Shown here: positions 53,401 to 64,000 of the stretch, piece after piece
How the letters are laid out: every line of letters begins with the position of its first letter
Numbering within the stretch: position 1 is the first letter of the stretch
DNA from: Hormiphora californensis
Lineage: Eukaryota > Animalia > Ctenophora
Direction of reading: 5' to 3'
DNA length: 64,000 bases
Assembly (NCBI GenBank): GCA_020137815.1
Contig: CM035359.1
Location: forward strand, 2,914,001 to 2,978,000
Program-made: the position numbers and the translations under genes
Notes under the pieces: model-generated
Database searches by the model: none
What the model was told of the DNA's origin: nothing
The model's input: the letters and a program-made list of their open reading frames with translations, nothing else

Positions 53401-53998
53401 CAGAGACCTTATGGCTGAGATTTGTTCCTATGCCGGCCTCAAAGCTGTTGAAACCGAAAAGCTTCTGCAACCATGTCCAGACGGTATCCAGTTTCACCCA
53501 TCGGCAAACACTGCTCCTGACGCACGAATGGATGTGGTTGCACTAGACCTGTGGCGTAAATCGCAACTTGCCCACATGGATGTGAGAGTCTTCCATGCCA
53601 ATGCACTGTCCCATATCAACACGCCCATTGATCAACTATACCGAAGGAATGAGTCAAGCAAAAAGCAATCATACGGTAAACGGGTTCGAGAAGTTGAAGG
53701 AGGGACATTTTCTCCATTGGTCATGAACACAGCGGGTGGGATAGCTAATGAGTTTCACAAAGTCTTGAAGACACTCTCATCCCGAATCTCAACAAGAACA
53801 GGAGAACCATATGCTGAAGTGATGGCTCACCTCAGAACGAGGTTACGGTTCTCATTACTGAGGACATGCCTCATAGCCTTGAGAGGAAATCGGAGGAAGA
53901 TCGCCATCGCCAACCTAGCCTGCACTGAGCTTGTTACGTGAAGTGAATAAGAAGAGGATAAGAAGAATTATCAAGACCGTGAATTAATTAATTTATTG
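50465..53998 (+). mobile_element. Apparently full-length RLE-bearing (CRE-like) non-LTR retrotransposon
   Basis: Single long ORF; candidate 12-bp TSD tgtttctccctt at 50453-50464 and 53999-54010; short purine/AT-rich 3' UTR. Confidence 0.8.
50687..53941 (+). CDS. PHD finger + reverse transcriptase + CCHC knuckle + restriction-like endonuclease, ~1084 aa
   Basis: PHD CGQC...CEAC...FHQTC...WFCTPC; RT GGTRPIGIGE, LLDAENAFN, EGTTQGDP, WYADD; CACG...HTMSC; RHDNIRD; RMDV...HMDVRVFH...E..KKQSY. Confidence 0.95.
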   Translation: MITRSKSKARLSPVALRLSSPLHRPFHPQSHLSSFVVSPTSDDSLSTEGSVSDGGNDYATPNTSITNGIPLSNSTPISRLINESRWFTEDKCGQCFETLPSYENAKCEACHEPFHQTCMTALNQSEQMVHTPVIWFCTPCYNINGLNWVVTEPGEAECWGELNGIELVEAFSNVSKISRDWAPNLFNVPFGHVGRSFIEELTRLANLFCDREDSRCWALSALVLAPLLLLQKPSKKSKNKQHAAILKRRLELWKEGDFEALVREAKAIQKPLKYNAPSQEYSNKKFVDLMREGRITEATSWLNPERHSSGVKKLDEEVLADLVKKHPKSRSANSTFARHGPVEEPIGVTFEKLTGDTIYECARSLKGSGGPSGLDATGIYRILCSRKFRNAVPALCTALAKIARTLSTNKVDLKSLDVFCASRLIPMSKPGGGTRPIGIGECFRRVLTKAVVRTIKSSIKEAAGRVQLAAGQIGGVEAAIHSLREKFEADDCEGIILLDAENAFNNLNRTMAMNNTKFYCPDFSTFLVNMYGKPRHLYVGETILLSAEGTTQGDPAAMDLYSIGILRLIELAESPEIVQVWYADDGNASGGLTGLLAWYNKVVSFGPSFGYFVNPSKSVLIVKPQFLETAKSMFGDTGMQITADGARHLGATIGSECFKNTFVSNAVSTWREELKNLVVIAKTHPHLAYSNFTRSFKFKWGFMQRTIPDVADLFQPLEDLIRSELIPCFAGRQVSDLEREMFALPTNLGGMGIDNPVLTSDRAFANSCLLTKPLVDAILVSQEIDMDMSKVDKLARDARVEIAKSNEGHNSESLKKLLTRISCPKLVRCLDLAGESGASGWLTTRPYPHLGFELNQLEFVDSIALRYGFEAKDLGSTCACGKPNDTDHTMSCAKGGYTILRHDNIRDLMAEICSYAGLKAVETEKLLQPCPDGIQFHPSANTAPDARMDVVALDLWRKSQLAHMDVRVFHANALSHINTPIDQLYRRNESSKKQSYGKRVREVEGGTFSPLVMNTAGGIANEFHKVLKTLSSRISTRTGEPYAEVMAHLRTRLRFSLLRTCLIALRGNRRKIAIANLACTELVT

Positions 53999-54319
53999 TG
54001 TTTCTCCCTTCACTTTTTTCACTCTCGCGACGTTTTTTGTTGGTGCTCCTTGAAAAGCGCGGCCTTGTCCCGACTATCGGAGGCCAGCAGCGTTTGCTAT
54101 AAAGTTATTGCTTGTCACCGTAGTCTTGCGAAGTATGTGAATGTAAAAAAACTTGTCACTGCGTGGTCTGCGTACCTGAACGCACATTGTTCCCATCTCC
54201 CGGCATCAGGCATGGCACGGTTTAATGCTGGTTAACCGTTAAACCATGTGGTAACAAGTTACCATCACGAATTCGCAACGGATCAATTTACGAATCATAA
54301 AACCTCTCTGTGTAGGGCT

Positions 54320-57300
54320 ATGGGTGACGACGCACGTGGTGCCGAGTATTTGAACCAGGTCGCCTTGGTTCCTGTTAATGAGGAAAACCAACTGGTGACG
54401 ACTCGAGCAACTAAAGTTGACCCTGGTTACCTAGTTGAGTTGGCCAAGGAAGTTGCAGTTGCCAACACAACGGTAAAAGCGGGTGCTTGTTCAAAGTTGG
54501 AAATCATCGCCCAACAAATCAGGTTCCTACAGGAACAAGCTCGCCAGGTAAAATCCTTTTTTGTAATTTGGTAGAGGTTGCAATAGTTGTTTGGAATTGT
54601 TTTTTCGGTGTAAAACACCCTAGATAGACCAGCCCCTTTTTGCTAAAATGGTGAACTGAGACATAACAAAGGTTTTCCACTTGCATTGTACTCCTATGGG
54701 GTCCCAGAAACACCAAAAAAATTTTCCACTCCAACCGAGGTGAAGAAAGTGCCCAAAATGACCACGCCCTTTTTGCCTGTATTTTCAGCCTTGGCGAAAA
54801 ATAGCAACTTTGCTTTGGATTGGAGTAGAAACGAAAATGAGGGCACTAAAATGTGTAGAATGAGCAGCAGAATCGATTCGGACCATGCAGAAGTCGCTAT
54901 CTTGTCAACTTCGAGAGATAATTGAATAATTAAGTATGCGCATAACCGTTTTTGAGCCGTTCGGCTATAGCCACTCGGGAGCGGTTTCAACAATTTTTCT
55001 TCACAGGAGCTTGTTCAGCATATAAAAATTAGTGGGGGTAACAAATTTGAAGTTTCTATCGTTAAAGGTCAATGCGATATTCAACTTCAAAGATCGAAAA
55101 ATGAGGGGAAAATGAGGAAAAATGACCAAATTTCGACTTTTTACACCCATTTTATGACCTTTAAAGTTGAGTATCGCATTTAACTTTAACGATAGAAACT
55201 TCAAATTTGTTACCCCCACTAATTTTTATATGCTGAACAAGCTCCTGTGAAGAAAAATTGTTGAAACCGCTCCCGAGTGGCTATAGCCGAACGGCTCAAA
55301 AACGGTTATGCGCATACTTAATTATTCAATTATCTCTCGAAGTTGACAAGATAGCGACTTCTGCATGGTCCCAATCGATTCTGCTGCTCATTCTACACAT
55401 TTTAGTGCCCTCATTTTCGTTTCTACGCCAATCCAAAGCAAAGTTGCTATTTTTCGCCAAGGCTGAAAATACAGGCAAAAAGGGCGTGGTCATTTTGGGC
55501 ACTTTCTTCACCTCGGTTGGAGTGGAAAATTTTTTTGGTGTTTCTGGGACCCCATAGGAGTACAATGCAAGTGGAAAACCTTTGTTATGTCTCAGTTCAC
55601 CAAATGGCCCCAAAATGACAAAACGCGACTGGCCTAAGACTGTCGGTATTATTTAGGTGCCGGCAGGCACCTCCGACCCGAAGAAAACAGAAAAAACGAA
55701 AGAAAAAAAATTTTTGCCCCTGCACCAAATCCAAAAAGCCGGCCCTATATATACAAACGTAGGTCTTTTTTCGGGGGGGGGGGGGGGGGGCAAATTTCAG
55801 GCAGCGATTGTGGCCACATTTTTTGAGATATCGACCTGAAATTTTGTAGGCGTGTTCTAGTAGTATAACTACGTGTCATAACGTGGCCGGATTTTTGATT
55901 TTTTGCCTAATTAATTAATTATAGGTAATTAAAAAGTAGCCCCTGCACCGTGCCCCTGAGCATGGGGTGTTCTGTCCCCTGGGCATTGCCCCTGAGCCGA
56001 AATTATCTCCCGATCTGCTTGAAATATCGACTTGAAACTTTGTAGGAATGCTCTTCAAGCATAAAAAATGATCTACAAAAAGTTAGAATAGTCAAAATTA
56101 AGTAATCAATGAGTTATAGGCATGCAAAAATGGACATTTCTGGTGCCCCTGAATTTTGCCCCCGAGCATTTGAAAAAACTGCCCCTGGGCAATTTTAAAA
56201 TTCAAATTGTGGCCACACTGTTTGACATATCGATCTAAAACTTTGTAGGCATGTTCTAGTGGTATAACTAAGAGTCACCACGGAGCCTGATTTTTGATTT
56301 TTTACTTAATTAATTAATTATAAGCAATTAAAATTTTAAAATTGCCCCCGCACTAACAAAAGTGGCCCAGGGGCACCTGAGTCGCAATTATCTCCCGATC
56401 TGCTTGAAATATCGACTTGAAACTTTGTAGGAATGCTCTTCAAGCATATAGAAAGGTCTACAAAAGGTGGGAATATTCAAAATTAAGTAATCAATGAGTT
56501 ATAAGCAATTAAAAAATGGACATTTTTATGGTGCCCCTGAGCATTGCCCCTGAGCATTTGAAAATATTTTCCGTTCTGCTATAAATATCGACTTGAAACT
56601 TTGTAGGAATGTAGTTCAAGCATATAGAAAGGTCTACAAAAAGTGGGAATATTCAAAATTAACTATCCAATTAATTATAAGCAATTAAAAAAATGTGCAG
56701 TGGCAGTGCAGGGGCAAAAAAAATAAAGCATATATATGGCGGGAAAATATTTTGGCGGGAAACCGAAAAAGCCCAATAAGCCAAGAACGGGATGGGGCCA
56801 AGGTCTGGCCCACTGGCTTTTGATCACCTCATCGAGCCCGATCGAACGCGACCAATGTCGACCTCCCACGACGACCTAAACCCCTAATCCCACGTGGTGC
56901 CAGCCAACCGCCAGCCAAACGGAAAAATCTAGTGATCCTCTATCAGCTGGTATCAAAATCTAAGCTCTAAGTGACCAGTAACTGGCATTATTAGTGCTAA
57001 TTGGCGATAACGTCATAAATCACATAATTACGACTAATTAGTGAACCGGGGGTGGTAGAGACCTGTGGGATGGTACTTTGGACTTTTTATAGAGTCCCTA
57101 ATCATATCAGAAAGTCAAATTTAAAATTCCAGACCCAACTTCCCACAACCGACCCTACTATAATAAACAGGCCGCTGCGCATCAAAAAATATTTTAACAG
57201 CCTGAAGGTTGCTGTTTCGACGAATCTCCCAACTTCGGGTCGGACGAGGGGAAGCTTGCCTTTTGCGATCATATAACATCAGACGGAGTGTAAAGATTGT

Positions 57301-57517
57301 GTTTATAGTCGACATATTAGCGGAAACTTTTGTCACCTAAAGACCTCTATAATAAGTTATGATATCTCCCATCAGGTGTTGCTAGATGCCTCGACCGATG
57401 AAATGATCACCAAAGCATCGTGCAACTTTGTTAAAAAGCCTGGCAAGATTTATCATCTGTATAAGAAACCTGATGGAAAACCATACATGGGGATGTTGAG
57501 TCCCGAGGAATGGGGAG
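54320..57517 (+). CDS. C1orf50: C1orf50 / DUF2452 family protein, exons 54320-54547 and 57376-57517; last exon not readable (probably in the low-quality region)
   Basis: LVELAKEV...KAGACSKLEIIAQQIRFLQEQARQVL...CNFVKKPGKIYHLY...MLSPEEWG. Confidence 0.85.
54649..55602. repeat. Foldback element with ~445-bp near-perfect inverted arms
   Basis: Mirror-image ORFs in the track (54694-54993 and 55258-55557); the arms match directly. Confidence 0.9.
55650..57270 (+). mobile_element. Helentron/HINE-like non-autonomous element; related inverted copy at ~61979-63459
   Basis: 12-bp subterminal inverted repeats tccgacccgaag (55672) and cttcgggtcgga (57233); terminal palindromes; internal tandem units; both ends are reproduced in the second copy. 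Confidence 0.55.
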
Positions 57518-58618
57518 GTGAGTGATATCAATATACCACCTGTTTTGTTTAGTTTGTTTCTAAAAAAGCTAATTTGCAGCTTGTTATTACGTAACTGAAT
57601 CAATTGATCAGTTGACAAAACCGGTTTCTCTCCTTTTTTTTTTGAGAAAAAAAAAATTTTTTTGGGGTACCCTGGGGATAAATTTCTGGGCTCGTAAAAC
57701 CGAAAACAAGATTTACAGTAAAAAAAAAAAAGGAAAAAAAACGAAGAGCTGAAAGTCGGGGGTGGGCAAGTTTGGAATTTTTGGATCGGGGTTACGTGGG
57801 TTGTATGTGATTTTTTTTCCCCTCCCCTGGTGTGTGGTTTTTCTGAAATCCTGTGTTTATTTATTGATTCTGGATTTACGGATTTTCCACATTTGATTTG
57901 TACGTGTCTTTTCCCGTATATATTCTTTCTTCCCCTTTTAAGAAAAAAGTTTTAGAGAAAAAACATTAGACGGTTTTTTATCCCCTTTATAGAGAAAAAA
58001 AAAGGTTTTTTTCCTTTTTTCCCCTTCCCTTTTTTTTTTCCCCTTTTTCTCCCCCCCAAAAAAAAAGGGGGGGGAAAAAAAAAGGGTCGGGGGGGGGGGG
58101 GAAAAAAAACCCCCGGGGGGAAAAAAAAAAAAAAAATTTTTTTTTTTTTTTTTGGGGGGGGGGGGGGGGGGAAAAAAAAAACCCCCCCCCCCCCCAAAAA
58201 AAAAAACCCCCCTTTTTTTCTCCCCCTTTTTTTTTTTTCCTTTCCCTTTCCCCCCCCCTTCCTTTTTTCCCCCTCTCCCCTTTTTCTCTCTTTTTCCCCC
58301 CCCCCAAAAAACCCCTCCCAAAATTTTAACGGCCAAGAGGGGGAACGCAAAAGCCCGGGGAAGAAACCCCCCCATAACCGCCGGGGGGAAACATGTCAAG
58401 GATTATAAAAGGCCCCCATTGAAAAAGATTTGGGAAAAAGGGGGTTTAGGGGTTTATTGTACTGGAAAGGTTTTGGGGAATAAGGTTTAAAAAGGGGAAA
58501 AATGTTTAAATTGGGGGCGGGAAAGAAATTTTTTAAGTTTTTGAGGGTTTTTGGTTTTTTGTTTTGTTTGGTTGGTTTGGTTTGGTTTTGTGTGTGTTGG
58601 TGTGGTTTTGAGAAAAAA

Positions 58619-58649
<31 letters not shown>

Positions 58650-58778
58650 GCCAAAAAAGAGAAAAAATCTAGACTTTTTGGCTCCATCAAAAAACCCCAT
58701 ATAATTTTAACCTGATAAAAGAAAACAAATTAAACCGGTTCCTTTCCCCCTCCCCTCCCCCCTAACTTTTTTTTCCCC

Positions 58779-58811
<33 letters not shown>

Positions 58812-60339
58812 TCTATTCTTCCCTTTTTAAGTCTTAAAAATTTATTGGTTCGGTTTTGTGGGAAAGCAGCCCAGAACAGGCACATCATAAACACGACCGG
58901 GGGGGAGATGGTGGGAAGGCATTTTTTACGGCAAAGGGGAAAAGATGCGGAGAAAAAGGGAGGGCGAGGGAGCGAGTTCGCTAATAGGAGAATTGTGGGG
59001 AAATTTGAGGGGAAATGGGAATTAAAATTTAAATTTGGGGTTATAATTACTGGACACCCCTAGATTAAGTTTGAGGTTTTACGTTTATCTGTTTATCGTT
59101 GCAGATGAGTCGAGGTTCCTGAACGTGTTAGTGTCTTGCGTGTTACAGGATGCTGACTATTAGTGTATCTTTGGTTTGTTTTAACTGAACTGTATACAGA
59201 GGGTCTAATTAGCACACCAAGGCCGGTTTCCCGGAGATTTTTAGGGGGAAATGCACGGGTTTTTGGCAAGGGATTGAGTGGGGAGAAAGGGAGGGGAGGA
59301 GGAGAGGGAGTTTGGTGTGGTGGGGGGTGACGAGCCCAAGAGAGAGAGAAGGAGAAAAGAGTGGAGAGAAGAGAGAGAGAGGTGGGGGGGAGAGAGAGGA
59401 GAGAGAGAGAGAGAGAGGGGAGGAGAGGATGAGAGGAGAGGGGAGAGGGGAGAGGGGGAGAGAGGAGGAGTGAGCGAGAGAGAATTGAAGAAGCGGAAGT
59501 TGTTTAGTGGTATTATTATCTACTTTTTGTATAAATAGCTACTCTACTGATAATGTTGTAATGAAGGAGAGATAATTACAGTCGGACCCCGATTTACCGG
59601 GGTGCTCGAGAGAAAGAGTTTTGCCTGGTAAATAGGGGGAAGTTTATATCCTCCCGGTATATCAGGATCCGACTGTACAAATATAATATAAGTTTGTTGA
59701 GGGGAAATTAATTGAAATTTAAACCACAGAATTAATGACCGTGACCCATTCTGTATACAGTGTACCCTCGCAAATATGCATTTACTGTGTGTTTTTTAAA
59801 CTTAGTTATGTTTTGTAAGTGAAACTTTTTAACACAACAATTTACATTCATCGTTTTCCTATACTACTCGATTAGATATATCTCTGGATAGGAGACTTCC
59901 CTCTCGTCTCTCGACTTCCCTGTTTATGTTAGGGGACGATCATATTGATGATCAAACTTGATGAATATCTCAGCGTCTTTAGCTCAAACCCCCCCCCCCC
60001 CGGCCCCACTCACCTTGAAGTCTGATTTCTGATCACCCAATATGCGGTACCGGGTACGACCCCGGTGGGACAGGGTCGAGCAAGGAAACTCACCCCAGCC
60101 CCACACTAAACCCAACCCCTTACCATATTACTGTACCACTATAGTTATGGCAGCTATAGCAAGAGTAACGTGTAACCTGCCCGCTCGATCAGCTGCACTC
60201 AGGTAATCTGTCCGTGGCAACACCATGACTTGTTGGCAGAGGCTAGATGCGTTGAGAGTTATAGTCAAACCCCATCGACTTTATGTCTGTCTAGTGTCTG
60301 TCTGTATGTCTGTCTGTCTGTCTGTATGTCTGTCTGAAC

Positions 60340-60744
60340 GGGGGGGGGGGGGTTCAGGATAAATGGTTCGGACGTATATGCCACTTAAGGGGGTGGGTGT
60401 TTTTTCAAAATTGCCACTTAGTGTTTTTCGCTAAATGGTCATTTTTTGGCCAAATTTGGTCAATTTTCGGCCAAATTTGGTCAATTTTCGGTAAAAATTG
60501 AGATTCTTCGAGGTGGTTTTGTTCCCAGAAAACAGCCTAAATTTTGCCATTTTTTGGGCAAAAAAGCTAGTTTTTCGGTAAATTTTGGGGATTTAGGGGT
60601 TATTTGGGGTTTGACCACTAAAAGAAACTGATTAAGTGGTCAATTTTAGGGGGTGGGGGGGTCCTTTTGGATTTTGACCCTTAAGCAATTTTTAGGCATA
60701 TACTCCGACCCCCCCACCAACCCCCCCCCCCCCCCCCCCCCCCG
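60340..60744. mobile_element. Poly-G/poly-C-ended insertion with 8-bp TSD gtctgaac
   Basis: The paralogous region at ~22380-22430 lacks it (empty site). Confidence 0.8.
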
Positions 60745-60884
60745 GTCTGAACTCTACCTTTCTCTTTCTCTCTGTATCCCCGACCCCCACATGTAGGATT
60801 GCAAAAGACCCTAATTTTTGCAACCCCTATGAATCAGACCCGACCAATTTGATCTACCAACAATATTATAGTTACCGGTATAGT

Positions 60885-61878
60885 TTATTTACCGGTGTAA
60901 TAGCACGAGGGCGCTGTACTCCACCTGCCGTCTATTTGACACGTGACCTCACTATCTCCCACCAGCACATGTTTCTTCTCGCAAACCACCGTTACTACAT
61001 CTCCTGCCCCTCCCGTCCACGTCCCTCCTCCTTCTATCGTTAGGTCTGGACAACCTGGAAAATACAGAATTAGAAAATTGGTTAAGTTAATTAAATAACA
61101 GATCGGATTTTAACGTCTAATTATTGCACGGAACCTCGGTCTAATTAATTAGTCAATTAATTATGTTCTACCTAAGTCTCCAATGGTGTAAAACTCAGAA
61201 GCGGTATCTTGACTGGGTGAAAATTGGATTCTCTCAACATCATCTCCTGCCCAGTATGCCTCACAATCCTCTCTCGTGTTACTAATAACAAACTCATATA
61301 CCAGTACCTCCACCCCATCACACCATATCGTGAGGGTATCTGAACTTTTGGCAAAACTCCAAATCTTGTCAGATGTTTCACCCTCCCGAGGCTGGACTGG
61401 TAGGACCGCTTGGGAATCCATGCAATACATCAGCTGGTACATGTACTGGTACTCAAAATAAATTAATACCCTCCACCATCGCGAATTGTCGTCCAAATCG
61501 TACATGTTAACGGCTAACTGATCGCCACTGCCGAGGATACTATCCGTCTTGACGTGTAGTGCTGTAGTCTCCAGATCACAAGGGGTAAAGATTCCCGCCC
61601 CTTTTTCAATAATCGCGGTCCACACTGAAAGAAGTGGAGGTCAAGTGAATTCTCTTCTCTATTAAACCTCGATTTACCAGACATCGATTTAACATGCAAA
61701 AGCCCTTCACCAGAGGAGCCCAGTAAATTGAGATGTGACACATTGCAGTTGTTATACCTGTAACGGGTTCTATAATATCAGGAATATCAGGTGGGGTGGT
61801 GGTAAGAGCAGTGGCTACTGGATACCAAAATAGAACTATCGACAACACAACAAACATTCTAGAAATCATTGATGTCAT
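60885..61878 (-). CDS. Intact paralog of the secreted beta-domain + Sushi gene at 21189-22274 (3 exons)
   Basis: Same signal peptide MTSMISRMFVVLSIV.FWYPVATA, same intron positions, open frame. Confidence 0.8.
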
Positions 61879-63893
61879 TGAAAGACAATCTGAGTAAATA
61901 AGAACAATTTCATTCAACTTGGATCTTAGCGGTGAGGTACTGGTAGCAAAACACTCTTACTATTTCTTATACATATGTTCGCAAAAGGCAAGCTTCCCCT
62001 CGTCCGACCCGAAGTTGGAATCATATGGGTTTAGTTTGTCGAACCGGCAAGTTGCTAACATTTTCAAATCTTCACTACTTCTCAAATGATCCCATACTTT
62101 CAGTCTAATCCCAAAATCCTATTAAAAATAGAGACAAAAATAACGGCACCAAACTGTGAAATGCCCTTGCATTAGTGCGAGTAGAATAAAATCAATTTTC
62201 TATCTAAAGGCCGAGTTTATAGCAAGAAAGGACTATTTTACAACGAATTCTCTGGTTAGTATGGTAACCAACTCCGTTGTCATGGTAAATCAATCGAACT
62301 CTATCGAGTTCTATCGCCAGCAACTGGATGAAAATTTATCCATTTCATTATGCACAATGCACAGGCTTTGGTTACGAAGTTACCCCTTGCCAGCGTGTGC
62401 ACGCGAAGGTCGCCCGGCGACAGAGTGTGAGGTGTCTTCGATACCAAGCACAGGCTTGTGTAACAAAAAGGGGCGTTTTTATAGCTTATTGTTCATCATA
62501 ACCTGAAATAAATAATTTTCATTACTTTCACAAAGGCTCAAAGTTTGAATATCAAATTTGCCAAAATTGTGCAGGGGCCACCCCAAAATTAATCTCTAAG
62601 TAATTAATTAATTAATTTTGACTATTCCCACTTTCTGTAGATTATATTATATGTTTTATGCATGAAGAACATTCCTAGAAAGTTTCAAGTCGATATTTTA
62701 AGCAGAACGGAAAATATAATTTAGTGCATGGGCAAACAAAATGGTGCAAGGGCACATGTTCAGGGGAAATTTGCACAAATTGTGCAGGGGCAAATTTTAA
62801 TTAATTTGCCTATAATTAATTACCTAATTGATATATTAATCATACGGCTCTTCTAGTACTCGTAGTTATGCTACTAAAACATGCATAGAAAGTTTCGTGT
62901 CAAAATATTAAACGGTGTGGACACAGTTCGATCATAAAATTGGTGCAAGGGCTGCCCTTGCACCATTTGCCCTTGCACATTGCCTGCCCTTGCACCAAAT
63001 TCCATTTTTTGCACGGCTCTAACTAACTAATTAATTAATTTTGACTATTCCCACTTTTCGAACATCATCTTTTATGATTGAAGAACATTCCTACAAAGTT
63101 TCAAGTCGATATTTTAAGCAGAACGGAAAATAGAATTTGGTGCAAGGGCGCGGTGCAAGGGACATAACACGCAATGTGCAGGGGCACGGTGCCCTTGCAC
63201 CGTTTTTAATTACCTATAATTAATTAATTAATTAAAAATTCAAAAATCCGCCAACGTCATGACACAAAGGAATACTACAAGAACATGCCTACAAAATTTC
63301 AAGTCGATATCTCAAACGGTGTGGCCACAATCGTTGACATGTTTTTTGCCCCCCCCCCCCCCCATTTTTGGGTTTTTGTGCAGGGGCAAAAATTTTTTTT
63401 TCTTTTTTTCGTTTTTTGCTGTTTTCTTCGGGTCGGAGGTGCCTGCCGGCACCTAAATATGAGTTATGAATCTCTCGAATAGCTCAACAAGCAACTTCTT
63501 CTCCTTTGCAAAAAATGGTGCAGCGAGTTCAACAAAACAAAATTACCTTAGAGACTAGAGACTAGAGAGAGATTTCCAACATTACCTTCAGATGCTAGAG
63601 ATTTTCCTTCTTCGCTGTCCTATATCCCCACGGGTAACGACTAAACTTTTGTCTTTTTTCCCACGCCAGTGTCCAATGTATTATTCACGCACTAACGAAC
63701 CCATTTGTTGAAGCTCAAGTTCCTCTCCGAGGCCGAGGCAACGCAAATATAGTTAATAATGCATGCCCCCTCTCTTTATAATCTATCTTTCTGTCCCCCT
63801 CCCTTCAACAGATACAAGACTAAACTACGATTAGATTTCTGTCTATCCTCCTGTCTCTCTTTCTGTCTCTCTTTCTGTCTGTCTGTCTCTCCT

Positions 63894-63940
<47 letters not shown>

Positions 63941-63966
63941 GTCTGTTTGTCTGTCTGTCTGTCTAG

Positions 63967-63999
<33 letters not shown>

Positions 64000-64000
64000 G

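Noticed and set aside
51106-53546. Multiple antisense and alternate-frame ORFs within the retrotransposon
   Set aside because: Shadow ORFs of the long RT frame with no recognisable motifs.
57620-59500. Homopolymer-rich stretch with Lys/Gly/Phe/Pro-rich ORFs
   Set aside because: Looks like low-quality consensus (inflated homopolymers, garbled versions of local repeats). The expected last C1orf50 exon is unreadable here. Treated as an artifact.

Overview
Eukaryotic genomic DNA, intron-rich and repeat-rich. It is probably a ctenophore: I recall the ~109-bp repeat-derived peptide 'KQPIRTRYLGHVTGYQPIRDQYFLIRSVP' from Pleurobrachia gene models, but this is unverified. Host genes are the 3' part of a PP2C phosphatase, NDUFV2, a ~39-kb minus-strand KMT2A/B (MLL/trithorax) gene and a C1orf50/DUF2452 gene. 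The KMT2 introns hold at least four nested genes and many MITEs. The main finding is a 7,513-bp intact Polinton/Maverick-type endogenous virus at 30184-37696. It has AGTAGT...ACTACT ends, ~422-bp TIRs and a 6-bp TSD (AGGAAC). It encodes a full virion module (major and minor capsid, adenain-like protease, packaging ATPase, small core-like protein), a chromo-integrase, a membrane protein and a C2H2 protein. I can find no protein-primed DNA polymerase or helicase, so it is a candidate helper-dependent satellite or minimal integrating dsDNA virus. Also notable: an intact RLE-type (CRE-like) non-LTR retrotransposon with an N-terminal PHD finger, a set of poly-G/poly-C-terminated insertions with 8-bp TSDs, and a duplicated secreted-protein gene whose divergence is concentrated in one domain. 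All family assignments come from motif recognition by eye; no searches were run.
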